64,000 nucleotides of DNA from Methanothrix sp. (GCA_040770465.1 JAXGJB010000003.1:32001-96000), one strand, 5' to 3'; counted from the first letter of the stretch, positions 1 to 13,004 are shown. Translations and numbers: made by a program. The notes: generated by a model not told the origin, from the letters alone.

Positions 1-94
1 CGACGTTGCCCAGGGGCACACCGATGAGCATCAGGAGAGCGCTCAGATGACAGAGGGTCGCCCAGGTCCGGGCGTCCTGGTTCTCTTCGATCAT
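1..94 (-). CDS. DUF4870-like small membrane protein, N-terminal part (runs off the window start)
   Basis: Hand translation from ATG at 94 (GGAGG just upstream): MIEENQDARTWATLCHLSALLMLIGVPLGNV. The W-A-x-L-C-H-L-S-A-L pattern is typical of DUF4870 proteins. Not in the ORF track. Confidence 0.65.
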   Translation of the reverse strand, partial: MIEENQDARTWATLCHLSALLMLIGVPLGNV

Positions 95-160
95 GATAAA
101 ATCCTCCATAGAAACAAGGTCTCTGGAAATATTAAGATGTTGCGGCGAGATCTGTCGGTA

Positions 161-895
161 TCAGCCCCTTTTGACGCAGAGGTAGGTCGCGATGAACCCC
201 GCCCGATAATCGGCCTTCTCGATCGAGAAGCCCGCCCTCTCGATCATCCCTTCCAGGATCCAGCCGATGGTGGAGTGCTCGTCTCTGATGTGGATCAGGA
301 TATCCTGGGGAGTCCCCTCGCCTCCGATCTCCGCCATCCGCGAGAGGTATCGGTCGAAGAATCCCCCGTAATCGGCGGGATCGAAGGAGTAGACGACGTC
401 CCTGATGTAGAGCCGTCCTCCAGATTTCATCATCCCGGCGATCCGGATCAACGCCACCTGCTTCCAGAAGTCGGGCAGGTGGTGAAGGACGAACTGAGTT
501 ACGACGGCGTCGACGGGCTCGCCCTCGTGCTCGTAGGTTAGAAAGCCGCCCTTGACAAACTCGATCCTCTCGACGTCCCCGGCACGCCCCTCCTCCCGGA
601 GCCTTTCATCCGCCTTCTCGCGGGCGTACCCGAGCATCGGTTGGGAGATGTCGGCGGCGATCACCCTGGCGCACCGGCTCACGGCTGCGATGGGAAACTC
701 GCCGGTCCCCGTCCCCATCTCCAGGACCGTCGAATCCGGGGCGAGGTCCAGGAGGTCGAGGACCTCTCCAACCTCCTTTGCGACGTCCCTGATCTTCGCC
801 ATCCTCTGATCGTAGATCCGGATCTCGGAGACGTCCTCGTAGTCGGTTCCGATCTGCTTCGTCTCGTCGTAAAGCCAGGCGGGAGTCTCTCTCAT
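161..895 (-). CDS. Class I SAM-dependent methyltransferase
   Basis: VLEMGTGTGEF motif I, AADIS, QFVLHHLPD, MKSGGRLYIRD. Confidence 0.9.
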   Translation of the reverse strand: MRETPAWLYDETKQIGTDYEDVSEIRIYDQRMAKIRDVAKEVGEVLDLLDLAPDSTVLEMGTGTGEFPIAAVSRCARVIAADISQPMLGYAREKADERLREEGRAGDVERIEFVKGGFLTYEHEGEPVDAVVTQFVLHHLPDFWKQVALIRIAGMMKSGGRLYIRDVVYSFDPADYGGFFDRYLSRMAEIGGEGTPQDILIHIRDEHSTIGWILEGMIERAGFSIEKADYRAGFIATYLCVKRG

Positions 896-1152
896 ATTCG
901 GCCTCCTCTTATCGTCCGCTCAGTCACCGACCTTGAAGCTTAAGGAGGATTCGGCCCTGAGATGGGGGGACGAAATGAAGGTGGGTTGCGACCTGAAAGG
1001 CTCCCCGCCCGGCAGAGCGGTGGCAAAGATTTTAGTGCCATTGCGGACGATATGATGGAGAGCGCGACTCGTTTTCGTCCATCATATGGAGTGATCTCCA
1101 AAAGTTCCCTTGAGATGAGGCGAGACGGCTCTGCGGTGGCGAGGGGAGAGAT

Positions 1153-4020
1153 ATGTTCGATAAGGTCGATGGTTTTTGGAAGACGATCCGAGCCGCATTG
1201 GTCCTGTCTGTGTTTGTGCCTCTTATTGTCACGGCTCAGGTTCCAGGAGGTGCCGAAGAGGAGCCCGCCGTCCCGGAGTGGATAAGCGAGATAAATCCTG
1301 CCGACTACGTCCTCCTGGACTCCGATCTGCCCGCCGACCTGCACGTCGCAGGCGAGATCAGTGCCGAGGCCCAAGCCGCGGAGATGGCCGTTGAAAGAGA
1401 CGGCAGGGCCGATGTGGAGAGGGTCGCCTTCGTCGAGGTCCACGAGAACATCTGCGAGCCGGACCCCGATGGGGTCTACGACTGCATCGGCGGAAACTAC
1501 CTCCTCTCCGTCTACGTCTACGAGACCGCGGATCTGGCGAGGTCCGCCTGGGAAAATACTATCGTTGAGCAGTACGGCGAGCTTCCTCCTCCGGAGGGTT
1601 TCGACCACGTCTCCAACGTCATCGATCCTCTGGACAGCCGGTTCGGAGGCGAGGGGAGCTGCATCGGCCCTTACATCTGGTACAAAAACTTGGCATGCAC
1701 CATATTCGGGCAATGGGACGAGAACGACAACAGGATCGCCTCCCTCTGGCTGGACAAGGTCTCGAACGCCGAGCCACCCGTCCAGGTGAACCTGAAGATG
1801 AGAGATGGGGGGCTGAGCCTGGTGATGGGCTATCAGTATCAAGGATACTTCATCGGCACCGATAACTACAGGCCCCTTTCGGAGATCGCCGCCGACCAGC
1901 AGGCTATCCAGGCCCAGGTCTTCAACGCGGGAGATGAAGTGGCTGAGAACGTTCACATCCAGTTCTACCTCCAGATGCCGGGCGAATTCGAGTACTCGAA
2001 GCTCGGCGAGCCCCTCCTGGCTGGTGACGTCCCTCCCGGTGAAGGCCGGGCCGTTTACACCTACTGGGATCTCAAAGGCGAGAACGTGGAGGGGGCGACT
2101 TTGGGGGCCCAGGCCTTCGTCCCGGGGGCGGTCGACGTCAACCCCGACGACGACTTCGTCTCCATCACCGTCAACATCTACTATGCCTTCAACGGGGAGC
2201 GGGCCTACAGCGCCGTCGACGATGCCTATCGTTTCAGAAACTACAACTTCAACCAGAGCAAGACCGAGGAGCTGGCCGAGGAGCTGATCGCCACCGTCGC
2301 TGCGGGCGTTCCCTCCTCTCTGGAGAAGGACCTGTGGCTGCGGCTCTTCTTCCCTCAGACTTACGTGCGGCTCTGGGACTACTTCAACGAGAGCTACCGG
2401 TCCGGGGCGGGGGGCCACTGCTACGGGATGGCTGCCACCTCCGCCCTCTACTTCACCGACCCGTCTCTCCGGCCCGTCGCAAAGAAGGCCTATCAGATGT
2501 CGAAGGAGGAGGCGAGCCAGAACATAGACATCTATCAACGGGCTCAGATGATCCCGGTGATGAGATCGCTCCTTTCTGACGCAGGCCAGTACTTCGATCG
2601 GGGGTATGGCTCGAGCAGCAGCGAGAGCCAGAGCAGGACTTACGCATCCGTGAAGCGCTCGCTGAAAGAGGATCGCTTGCCCCTCTTAATCAGCTTCCGA
2701 GGCCAAAAAAATAATCGCACTTGGGGTCATGCCGTCCTCGCCTACAAACTGGTGGAGGTGGAGGGCGAGGACTACAAGCAGGTCTACATCTACGACTCCA
2801 ACACCCCCATCTCGGATCTGGAAAGTTTGAATAAACCTATGCCTGTTGCCCTGCTCTGGCTCGACGGCTTCCTCTGCTATTCTGTGCAGAGCGGCAATCA
2901 ATCTTACGGATCGAGGATTCCCTCCAAGATCGCGGCAAACCCGGTTTTCAGGACCATCCCCCTGGAGGAGGCGAACGCCCTCCTCCCCGGCCTGAAGGAT
3001 ATGGCGAAAAGCTGGATCGAGGCCCTTAAGAACGAGGGCTGGTTTGCGGCTGCCGTCCGATGCCCTGCAGACGCTCTCTTCACCGACTCCTCGGGAAGAA
3101 GGGTTGGAACCGTCGATGGACGGGTCATAAACGAGATCCCTGGGGCGGAGGTGATGTCGTCGGGCGAGGTGGAGATCTACCTCCTTCCGATGGACCTCGC
3201 ATATGGCCTTGAGATCACCGGGACCGGCTCCGGCCTTGTGGACCTCGACGTCATCGCTCCCGTTGGCGAGGCTTCAGCGAAGGTCGTCTCATTCACGAAC
3301 GTCTCCATCGGGTCCGGCGCGAAGCTGACCTCCGAGATCTCCGCCGGCGGCGAGATCGAGGATCTTAAATCTGGAACTTCGACGATGGAGCCGAGCCTTT
3401 CTGGAACCCTGGATCTGAGCGCGGGAGTGGGGGGCGATGAGACAACGCCTGGTGGCGGAATAGGAGTCGAGGCTGAAGATGGTGCTGGAGAGGGATCAGA
3501 GGCTGACAAGATCGAGGAGCAGGAGCTGATATTCGAGCGAAACTCGATCTGGGCAGTCGATAACAGCCCGACGAGCCCCACCAGCTTCACCATCGACCGG
3601 GAATGGACGGTCACCGAGATCAAGACCTACCACTGGAACCGTGGCCAGGGGAAGGCGCCGGGGATGATCGGCCTCCAGGACGAGAGGGGGATTGTCCTGG
3701 GCACCTGGCCCGCCTCGGGGCAGCCGGGGTCCGGCGGCGTCTCCGACGCCTACTGGACGGCTCGGCCGAACCTGGTCATCGGTCCCGGCGAGTACACGAT
3801 CCTCGACTCAGACCCCGCCACCTGGTCGCAGAACTCGGAGACGGGGAGCGAGGGGATAGCCTGGGTATATGGGGTCCCATCGGAGGCAACAGGCGACGGA
3901 TATGGGGTCCAGACGGCCGCCGGAGACGAAACCGGCTGGGAGCTGCCCGAATACGGCGAGGTCCTGGTAGACGCCCCTCCCGGCGGCTGGGAGGGCGTGG
4001 TTCCCGGCGAGCCGATATGA
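1153..4020 (+). CDS. Large secreted multidomain protein (CARDB/Ig-like domain, putative papain-like catalytic domain, Trp-rich C-terminal beta domain)
   Basis: 955 aa ORF with an N-terminal hydrophobic signal; CARDB-like IQAQVFNAGDEVAENVHIQFY; GHCYGM, GHAVLAY and IYDSN motifs. Confidence 0.75.
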   Translation: MFDKVDGFWKTIRAALVLSVFVPLIVTAQVPGGAEEEPAVPEWISEINPADYVLLDSDLPADLHVAGEISAEAQAAEMAVERDGRADVERVAFVEVHENICEPDPDGVYDCIGGNYLLSVYVYETADLARSAWENTIVEQYGELPPPEGFDHVSNVIDPLDSRFGGEGSCIGPYIWYKNLACTIFGQWDENDNRIASLWLDKVSNAEPPVQVNLKMRDGGLSLVMGYQYQGYFIGTDNYRPLSEIAADQQAIQAQVFNAGDEVAENVHIQFYLQMPGEFEYSKLGEPLLAGDVPPGEGRAVYTYWDLKGENVEGATLGAQAFVPGAVDVNPDDDFVSITVNIYYAFNGERAYSAVDDAYRFRNYNFNQSKTEELAEELIATVAAGVPSSLEKDLWLRLFFPQTYVRLWDYFNESYRSGAGGHCYGMAATSALYFTDPSLRPVAKKAYQMSKEEASQNIDIYQRAQMIPVMRSLLSDAGQYFDRGYGSSSSESQSRTYASVKRSLKEDRLPLLISFRGQKNNRTWGHAVLAYKLVEVEGEDYKQVYIYDSNTPISDLESLNKPMPVALLWLDGFLCYSVQSGNQSYGSRIPSKIAANPVFRTIPLEEANALLPGLKDMAKSWIEALKNEGWFAAAVRCPADALFTDSSGRRVGTVDGRVINEIPGAEVMSSGEVEIYLLPMDLAYGLEITGTGSGLVDLDVIAPVGEASAKVVSFTNVSIGSGAKLTSEISAGGEIEDLKSGTSTMEPSLSGTLDLSAGVGGDETTPGGGIGVEAEDGAGEGSEADKIEEQELIFERNSIWAVDNSPTSPTSFTIDREWTVTEIKTYHWNRGQGKAPGMIGLQDERGIVLGTWPASGQPGSGGVSDAYWTARPNLVIGPGEYTILDSDPATWSQNSETGSEGIAWVYGVPSEATGDGYGVQTAAGDETGWELPEYGEVLVDAPPGGWEGVVPGEPI

Positions 4021-4041
4021 GGGGCGTGATCGGTGGTCTCG

Positions 4042-5658
4042 TCAGCCTTCGGTCGGACCGACGAACCGGGTCGCCGAAATGGCCGGCCCCAAAAAGACCA
4101 GCGTCTCCCTGGAGTTTCGTTTGAGGGTGGGGTCGCCGTAGATGCAGAGCTGGGCTGCGCTCGTCCTGTAGGTGTCTCCCGACCTCAAGACCGACTCCCG
4201 CATCAGCTCGAAGAGGGCGTCTCCGATCCGGTATGTCCCTTGAGATCCGGTCCCCTCGATGTAATCTGAGAAGTGGTCTGCGAAATAGCTTGGCGTTCCC
4301 TCCTCCGTGTTCCTCGCCACGAAGGCTGCGGCACCAGCTCGAATGAATTCCGTTCCGAAGCTCGGCCTGTCCTCGTACAGCAGGCCGGTGTTGCAGGAGA
4401 CGTAGCCGGTTATGACGGGGTGGTGGGTATCGAGATCGACGTCGTCGACGTTCTCGACCCTGAATATCGGGATGTGATCGTTGGTGGAGAAGGCCTCGGG
4501 GCTCCCGTGGCCCATGAAGACTATGTAATCGCTCTCCGAGATCAGGTCGAAGGTCTCCTCTCTCATGCTGCAATCGTCACAGACCCCGTAGGGCGGGGTC
4601 GCCCGGCAGAGGCCGCAGGTTGCGGCGTCGGGATCGCAGGCATCGCCGAGGCCGATGGGCGGGGCATACCAGCACTGGGTGCTGAACCGGACCTCGGGGC
4701 TGAGGCCGTAGCCGCCGGATTCGTGAAGGTCGATAGCGGTTTCAAGGGCTGCGACGATCCCCGACGATCCGGTGGAGAGGTCGGCAAGCCTGCTCACCAC
4801 GAAACCCTCGTCGACGATCCCGTCCTCGTTGAAGTCGACGTACCAGGCGTCGGACGGGAGGTACCTGAAGCTGCCGTCGATGGTGACGACAGCAGGCCTC
4901 GGGACGACCGCCTCTCCACCCAGGAGGATTATGTAGGCGGGTCCCGTCTCCCCGACGATAGCCTCCAGGACGTCCCTGATCCCATGCCAGTCGGCGGGAT
5001 CAGCCACCCGGACTCCGTAATCGTTGAAGCAGTCGGCAGAGTCGAGGACGATCCGGCTCGCTGTGAGCCCGTCGGTCCGACCGACCGTCTCGGCGTATCT
5101 GTCCACGACGTCATCGAGGGAGGACGTCTCCGTCAGCAAGGACGTCGTGACCAGAAGGACGTTCCGGGGTCGAGGTTTCATCTCGATGTCGATTACCCTC
5201 TGGCTGTCGCTGGTGACGGTGATCTCCCGGACGATCCCTCCCGCCCCGCCGACCCGCCGGATATAGGGGGCGAGGACCTCGGCCAGCTCCGGGCTGTTGG
5301 AGCGCATGATGTAGTTTTTGTGGGTGGCGATGTAAGTGTACCTCCCCTCCGGTAGCTCCACCCGGTAGCTTCCGGTGCTGCCCGTGGTGTCGGACCAGGA
5401 GCGGCCATCGTCGTCTTTGATGAAGCTGACAAGGGCTCCCTCGATGGGAGAGCCCGTCTCCTCGTCCGAGACCCTCCCCTCGAAACTGCACTGGTAGACG
5501 ACGGCTCTGGCGTCGGCGGTCATCGTCGGAGCCTCGATGGCCAGGTCCAAGTTTGTCTTATCGATCCTCGCAGCCTCTCCGGCGGCCGGTAGCATCAGCA
5601 GCGAAAGAAATGTCAAGAATATGAGAAGATGGGACGAATTCCGTTTCATCATTATCAA
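4042..5658 (-). CDS. Secreted C25 (gingipain-like) cysteine peptidase with a carboxypeptidase-regulatory-like N-terminal domain
   Basis: Signal peptide; GRVSDEETGSPIEGALV...TTGSTGSY domain; YIILLGG, PSDAWY, VSRL, FMGHGS (His), SCNTG (Cys), IYGDP motifs of the C25 family. Confidence 0.8.
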   Translation of the reverse strand: MIMMKRNSSHLLIFLTFLSLLMLPAAGEAARIDKTNLDLAIEAPTMTADARAVVYQCSFEGRVSDEETGSPIEGALVSFIKDDDGRSWSDTTGSTGSYRVELPEGRYTYIATHKNYIMRSNSPELAEVLAPYIRRVGGAGGIVREITVTSDSQRVIDIEMKPRPRNVLLVTTSLLTETSSLDDVVDRYAETVGRTDGLTASRIVLDSADCFNDYGVRVADPADWHGIRDVLEAIVGETGPAYIILLGGEAVVPRPAVVTIDGSFRYLPSDAWYVDFNEDGIVDEGFVVSRLADLSTGSSGIVAALETAIDLHESGGYGLSPEVRFSTQCWYAPPIGLGDACDPDAATCGLCRATPPYGVCDDCSMREETFDLISESDYIVFMGHGSPEAFSTNDHIPIFRVENVDDVDLDTHHPVITGYVSCNTGLLYEDRPSFGTEFIRAGAAAFVARNTEEGTPSYFADHFSDYIEGTGSQGTYRIGDALFELMRESVLRSGDTYRTSAAQLCIYGDPTLKRNSRETLVFLGPAISATRFVGPTEG

Positions 5659-5856
5659 ACCCCCTGAGAGAGGAGGACCCCGCTCCGATGCTGGGATTCC
5701 TTCTCAGCTGTATGGTATCTTTTGGCGCCAAGATATTAACAGGTTTTCGTGATCGATATGGCCAGTACAGGAGATCGGTTTTTAGTCGTACCCGTAAGGC
5801 CAATTAAATATAAAAAACTTCCTTAAGGTGCAGATCGTTGGTTAGTTGGGTTGGTC

Positions 5857-6212
5857 ATGGTAAGCGAGGAAGATCGTCGAATTCTTGAGTATGCATCACA
5901 CGTCCACGATCGATGGCGTAGCAAGACTCCAAGAGTAACGGCAAATGTGTAACATATCGAGCTTCTTAAGCAAGGTCCGGATATCTGGAATTGATGGAGC
6001 AAGGAAAATCCGGATGATGAACCAAATTTAAGCTGTGCGGACTTGAGCGGATTGAACCTCTACAGAGTGAATATATTATTGTTACAAATTTAGAAGGAGC
6101 GGACCTTTATGACGCAAACCTTTGTATCTGCAATCTGAACTCAACTAGATTGGAAAACGCAAACTTGTCACTAGCGAAATCCGAAAAGTTTATCTTTAAT
6201 CAAATCGCATAA
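5857..6212 (+). pseudogene. Degraded pentapeptide-repeat protein gene
   Basis: Hand translation gives ...TANV*HIELLKQGPDIWN*WSKENPDDEPNLSCADLSGLNLYRVN, then a frameshift to TNLEGADLYDANLCICNLNSTRLENANLSLA. Two in-frame stops plus one frameshift. Confidence 0.75.
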
Positions 6213-6219
6213 GTTATAC

Positions 6220-7320
6220 ATGATGATTAAAGACATTCAAAGTACTATAACGTTGGTCATCCTATCCATGATATTTGGTCTAGCACTGTTTGATGTAATT
6301 AATAATAAATTAATGGATAAGTTCAAAAATAAGACGTCTCCAGATTCGATAAAGATGTCTATTACAATTTTAATACCATTAGTATCAGCGTTTTATAATA
6401 ATTGGATTGTCAAAAGTGTTTGGAGTAGCGTTATAGTCTTCATCTTATGTATTGTATTGTTGGCATTTTTTTTCATATTTTTAGCGAGGAGCGCACCCGA
6501 TAGCCAATCCGGCCGATATACGAATGGGGGCTCCCTGAACAGCACTCCTAAGGAGGGGAAAAATTTAATTGTATCTTATTTTATATTATTAATTGCTTTC
6601 TTAGGAGTGGTATGGTTGCCAGTCTCCGCTTATATTGATGATCAGCCACCCATTATAACTAGTTTTACCTATGAGCCAACGGGCTTACAAATCTACGGTC
6701 AACCAGTTTTATTCATTGCTGAGGCAGAAGATGCAAATGATGATCAATTATATTACAGTTTTTATGTTGATGATGAGAAGAAATGTAATTGGAGTAAGTG
6801 TAATTATTGGATGTGGGACACATCAAAGGCAAACGCGTCTTCGCTGGATGGCAAATACAGGATAAAAGTCGAAGTAAAAGATGGCAACGGCCTTTTTGGT
6901 GATACCATGGACGACTTTAGAGAACTCGACTATAAGTTGGCATCTGTGAATATCGAATATCCAAAATATAATGATACTGTTAATGAGATGCAGATAGTAA
7001 ACGGCACCTCAAAGGGGATTGGTAGTGATCGGAATGACATGCTTTGGATATTTGTCAAAACTTCCCGAACCTGCTACCATCCGCAAGACAAGGGAGACCT
7101 ACAAATTGATGAGAACGGGAATTGGTCAACAGAAATATATTTATCTGGTAATACTGGAGAATATAAAGAAATAATCGCCGCCATATTAAATGATAGCGCC
7201 CTGAATGAAATTGTAGAATATTATAAAGAGGGTAAAAAAGAAGGCGGCAATTGGCCAGGACTTGACAGACTTCCAATCGGTGCAAAAGAGGTCGATTACG
7301 TATGGGTGATAAGAGATTGA
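6220..7320 (+). CDS. AT-rich membrane protein with extracellular Ig/PKD-like domains
   Basis: 366 aa ORF, about four N-terminal hydrophobic segments, PKD-like PPIITSFTYEP...AEAEDANDDQLYYSF; low GC relative to the flanks. Confidence 0.7.
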   Translation: MMIKDIQSTITLVILSMIFGLALFDVINNKLMDKFKNKTSPDSIKMSITILIPLVSAFYNNWIVKSVWSSVIVFILCIVLLAFFFIFLARSAPDSQSGRYTNGGSLNSTPKEGKNLIVSYFILLIAFLGVVWLPVSAYIDDQPPIITSFTYEPTGLQIYGQPVLFIAEAEDANDDQLYYSFYVDDEKKCNWSKCNYWMWDTSKANASSLDGKYRIKVEVKDGNGLFGDTMDDFRELDYKLASVNIEYPKYNDTVNEMQIVNGTSKGIGSDRNDMLWIFVKTSRTCYHPQDKGDLQIDENGNWSTEIYLSGNTGEYKEIIAAILNDSALNEIVEYYKEGKKEGGNWPGLDRLPIGAKEVDYVWVIRD

Positions 7321-7779
7321 AAACTTTCCCTCGTTCGTTATACCACTTAAGCCCGCCTATGATTTAATGATAGATTGGCACTCGTTGGTCATCAGTTAAG
7401 GATTTTGAGCTACGTAAAGCTCATCCAAAAGCACTTGGGAATATATTGAGATGTTGTCTCTAATGTTTTGAAGACCTACATTGAGGCAGCTTAAAAGCAG
7501 GATCGAGACGCTGTTTTCATACCTCGATTAAGCAAGGTTGCTAGCCGGAACAATTGTGATCTCATTCGTTCACACCCCCAGAATCTCGGGACCAATTTTC
7601 GCAAACCTGATCGCTCCATCCGGGATGTTTCCCCGAATATTGCGCCCCAAGACGCACCAGAACGCTCAAATTTTATAAGTTATGTAATTTAAATTGGCAG
7701 GCATTGAAAGCCGCCCGAAAACTATTAACCCCATCCTCGCCGCAAGCCTTGACCTTCAATGCTCAAGCGAGAAATCGAG

Positions 7780-10745
<2,966 letters not shown>

Positions 10746-10775
10746 TTCGGAGCAGGTTTGAGGCGGACGCTGCCT

Positions 10776-11372
10776 TCAGAACCAGACCGCTATGGCCCTG
10801 ATCTCTGAGACTCGCCACTGGCCGGGGCCGAAGGCGCCCCCCTCGCTCCTCTTGAAGACGTCTCTGGTCTGGGGATCGATCAGGGTCATCTCGACGCCGC
10901 CCCGGAGACAGTCTCCTTCTTTTCTGAGATCTGTCCGGCCCCCGCCACCTCCGTTCCCTGAGACGACGCCGAAACGGCCCGAGTAGCCCTCCTCGGCGTA
11001 CTCGGCAAGATCGTCGCTCTGGACGCAGTCGTCGAGGCCCGCGGAACTCGTGCTCGGCTCGGAGATCAGGTCGTCGGTGGTCACAACCCCCACCAGGTCC
11101 CGCGCGAGAGGGCTTTTCAGCCTCACCATCCCGCAGGCCGACCGGCTGTTCATCTCCTTGAAGGCGTACCAGAGCCTTCGAGCCTGGTGATCCGGGTCCT
11201 CCCTATCCCCGTTCGCCGAGCCGGGGCCGAAGGACTGGACCACCTCCCAGACCTCCGACAGGGACAGGGCCAGGTAACATCGGTCGTTCGGATAGATCGA
11301 TTCGATGGGAACGCTGGTGGCAGCGTGGACCGATTCGAGAAGCTCCTGGTGAGATAGGACCCGTTTGGGCAT
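10776..11372 (-). CDS. Hypothetical protein
   Basis: 198 aa ORF with an AT-rich TATA-like region upstream (about 11385-11408); no clear family. Confidence 0.55.
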   Translation of the reverse strand: MPKRVLSHQELLESVHAATSVPIESIYPNDRCYLALSLSEVWEVVQSFGPGSANGDREDPDHQARRLWYAFKEMNSRSACGMVRLKSPLARDLVGVVTTDDLISEPSTSSAGLDDCVQSDDLAEYAEEGYSGRFGVVSGNGGGGGRTDLRKEGDCLRGGVEMTLIDPQTRDVFKRSEGGAFGPGQWRVSEIRAIAVWF

Positions 11373-11416
11373 GGCCTGTGGTTATACAAACTATATATAA
11401 AATATTTTGGTTGGGA

Positions 11417-12181
11417 TCAGTCGTCCAGCGATGAAAATTGGCCGGATAGGTGAGAGATCATCTCCTCCACCGACCTCTTGAGGACGGACCTGTTCTCGTA
11501 GCCCTCAAGAATCGATCCCAGATCCGACTCATCCTGACCCGCCATCTCGTCCACGAGAGAGATCAGGTTTGGGAGAGCCCTGACGACGTTGTCGACGATG
11601 GTCACCGTCGATGTCCTGGCGGTCCGGGAGAGGGGGTTCAGATCGACGGTGATCACCCTCTTTCCCATCCTGACCAGGGCCTCGCACCGGTCCCCGTCCT
11701 CCAGGGGGACGAAGACGACGTCGGCGTCGTATATCCCGCAGCGAGCGGCTTTGGCCCGAGCGTGGTCGAGACCAGGGATCAATGCGTCGGGGTTCTCGCC
11801 ATAGACCATCTCGGCGCCGAGGCTCCGGAGGAGGTCGGCGATCTTCTTCACCCGCTCCTCGGTCCGGTAGAAGATGTTCACCTCCAGGGGCGCCCCGATT
11901 TTGTTCGCGAGAAGGACCATCTCCTCGGGGACGAGGGCGGCGGCGTTCCCGTTGACGCTGAGGACGGGCCGTTCGGCCAGGAGGAGCATCGCGGCCGCCG
12001 CCCGTTCCGCCTCTTCGGCAGGAGGGGTCGTCTTTTCGCCGATGAGGTAGTCGAGGGCCTCGCCCCTGCCTTGCGCTATCAGGCCGTTGAGCCCTGTGAT
12101 CCCCCTCTCTACCCCCTCCACCACCTTCTCCCGGGTCAGCAGGGAGGCGTACCGGGGGTGGGATGGCGGCACGTCACTCAA
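11417..12181 (-). CDS. pps: 4-phosphopantoate--beta-alanine ligase (archaeal phosphopantothenate synthetase)
   Basis: VPPSHPRYASL, GLIAQGRGEALDYLIGEKT, SVNGNAAAL, VPLEDGDR, DLNPLSRT; probable TTG start at 12181. Confidence 0.93.
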   Translation of the reverse strand: MSDVPPSHPRYASLLTREKVVEGVERGITGLNGLIAQGRGEALDYLIGEKTTPPAEEAERAAAAMLLLAERPVLSVNGNAAALVPEEMVLLANKIGAPLEVNIFYRTEERVKKIADLLRSLGAEMVYGENPDALIPGLDHARAKAARCGIYDADVVFVPLEDGDRCEALVRMGKRVITVDLNPLSRTARTSTVTIVDNVVRALPNLISLVDEMAGQDESDLGSILEGYENRSVLKRSVEEMISHLSGQFSSLDD

Positions 12182-13004
12182 GGCCGGCACCCCCGAGGCT
12201 GACCCTCGCCGATATGATATCTCCAAACTCCGATAAAGCGTCCCTCCCGTTGATGGCGAAGACGCAATCGCCCAGCATCACCATGCTCGCCATTCCTCCA
12301 CAAGATTCCACAGCTTCCACGACATCTTCCATCCAACCCCTCGATAGGCCCGACCTTTTTGCAAACTCCCAGGATAGGGAGACGAACCTCTCCAGGGTCG
12401 GCTTCCTGAGAAGCTCCTTGAGGGCCCGCTCCCCCTCCCGATTCACCTCCCTCATCGTCCCCGAATCGGAGAGTACTTCTTCTGTCGACAACGGGCCCCG
12501 AACGATGCAGTCGACCTCCAGGGGCGGGACGGGGATTCTGTCGACGACCCCGAGGCCCGGCGCCCCCGGCGAGAGCCGGACCACAAGGCCGCCGGAGTTC
12601 TGGGAGATGACGTCGCCGAGGCCGGTGCCGCAAGCCACCTCCGCCACATGGGCCGCCTCTCCGACACCGCTTGCGAAAAGCCCCAGGCCGAAGGCCTGGT
12701 TGATGGCGTAGGCAGAGCTCAGAGCCCCGGCCCCGCTCGCCCCAAACCCCGATCCCAGGGGCATCGATAGCTCGGTCTCGACCCTGACGGGCAGGGGCGC
12801 CAGCCGAGTTGCGACCAATCTAGTGACCGGAGCCGGAGACTCGACCCCGTTCAGAAATATCGTCGTCTCCTCCGATCGGCGGACGGTGGTGGACGCCAAC
12901 AGATCGAGGTTTATGCCGCAGCCGACCGACCCAGCCCTTCTCGTGTCCGGGTCGCGCCGGGCGGCGAAAAACCCAGTAATGTGGGCGGGGGCTGTGGCCT
13001 TCAG
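12174..13004 (-). CDS. pok: Pantoate kinase (GHMP family)
   Basis: PLGSGFGASGA GHMP motif and AHVAEV...TGLGDV; the frame extends upstream to KATAPAHITGFF...GSVGCG, so the probable start is CTG at 13004. Confidence 0.9.
   Translation of the reverse strand: MKATAPAHITGFFAARRDPDTRRAGSVGCGINLDLLASTTVRRSEETTIFLNGVESPAPVTRLVATRLAPLPVRVETELSMPLGSGFGASGAGALSSAYAINQAFGLGLFASGVGEAAHVAEVACGTGLGDVISQNSGGLVVRLSPGAPGLGVVDRIPVPPLEVDCIVRGPLSTEEVLSDSGTMREVNREGERALKELLRKPTLERFVSLSWEFAKRSGLSRGWMEDVVEAVESCGGMASMVMLGDCVFAINGRDALSEFGDIISARVSLGGAGLE

Noticed and set aside
940-2538. Long antisense ORFs (e.g. 940..2538 -, 15996..17453 -, 31441..33342 +, 28515..29537 +, 61974..62969 +)
   Set aside because: Shadow frames opposite well-supported genes; expected from high-GC codon bias and lacking family motifs
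5938-6000. In-frame stops as selenocysteine or pyrrolysine recoding
   Set aside because: A mix of TAA, TGA and a frameshift indicates decay, not recoding
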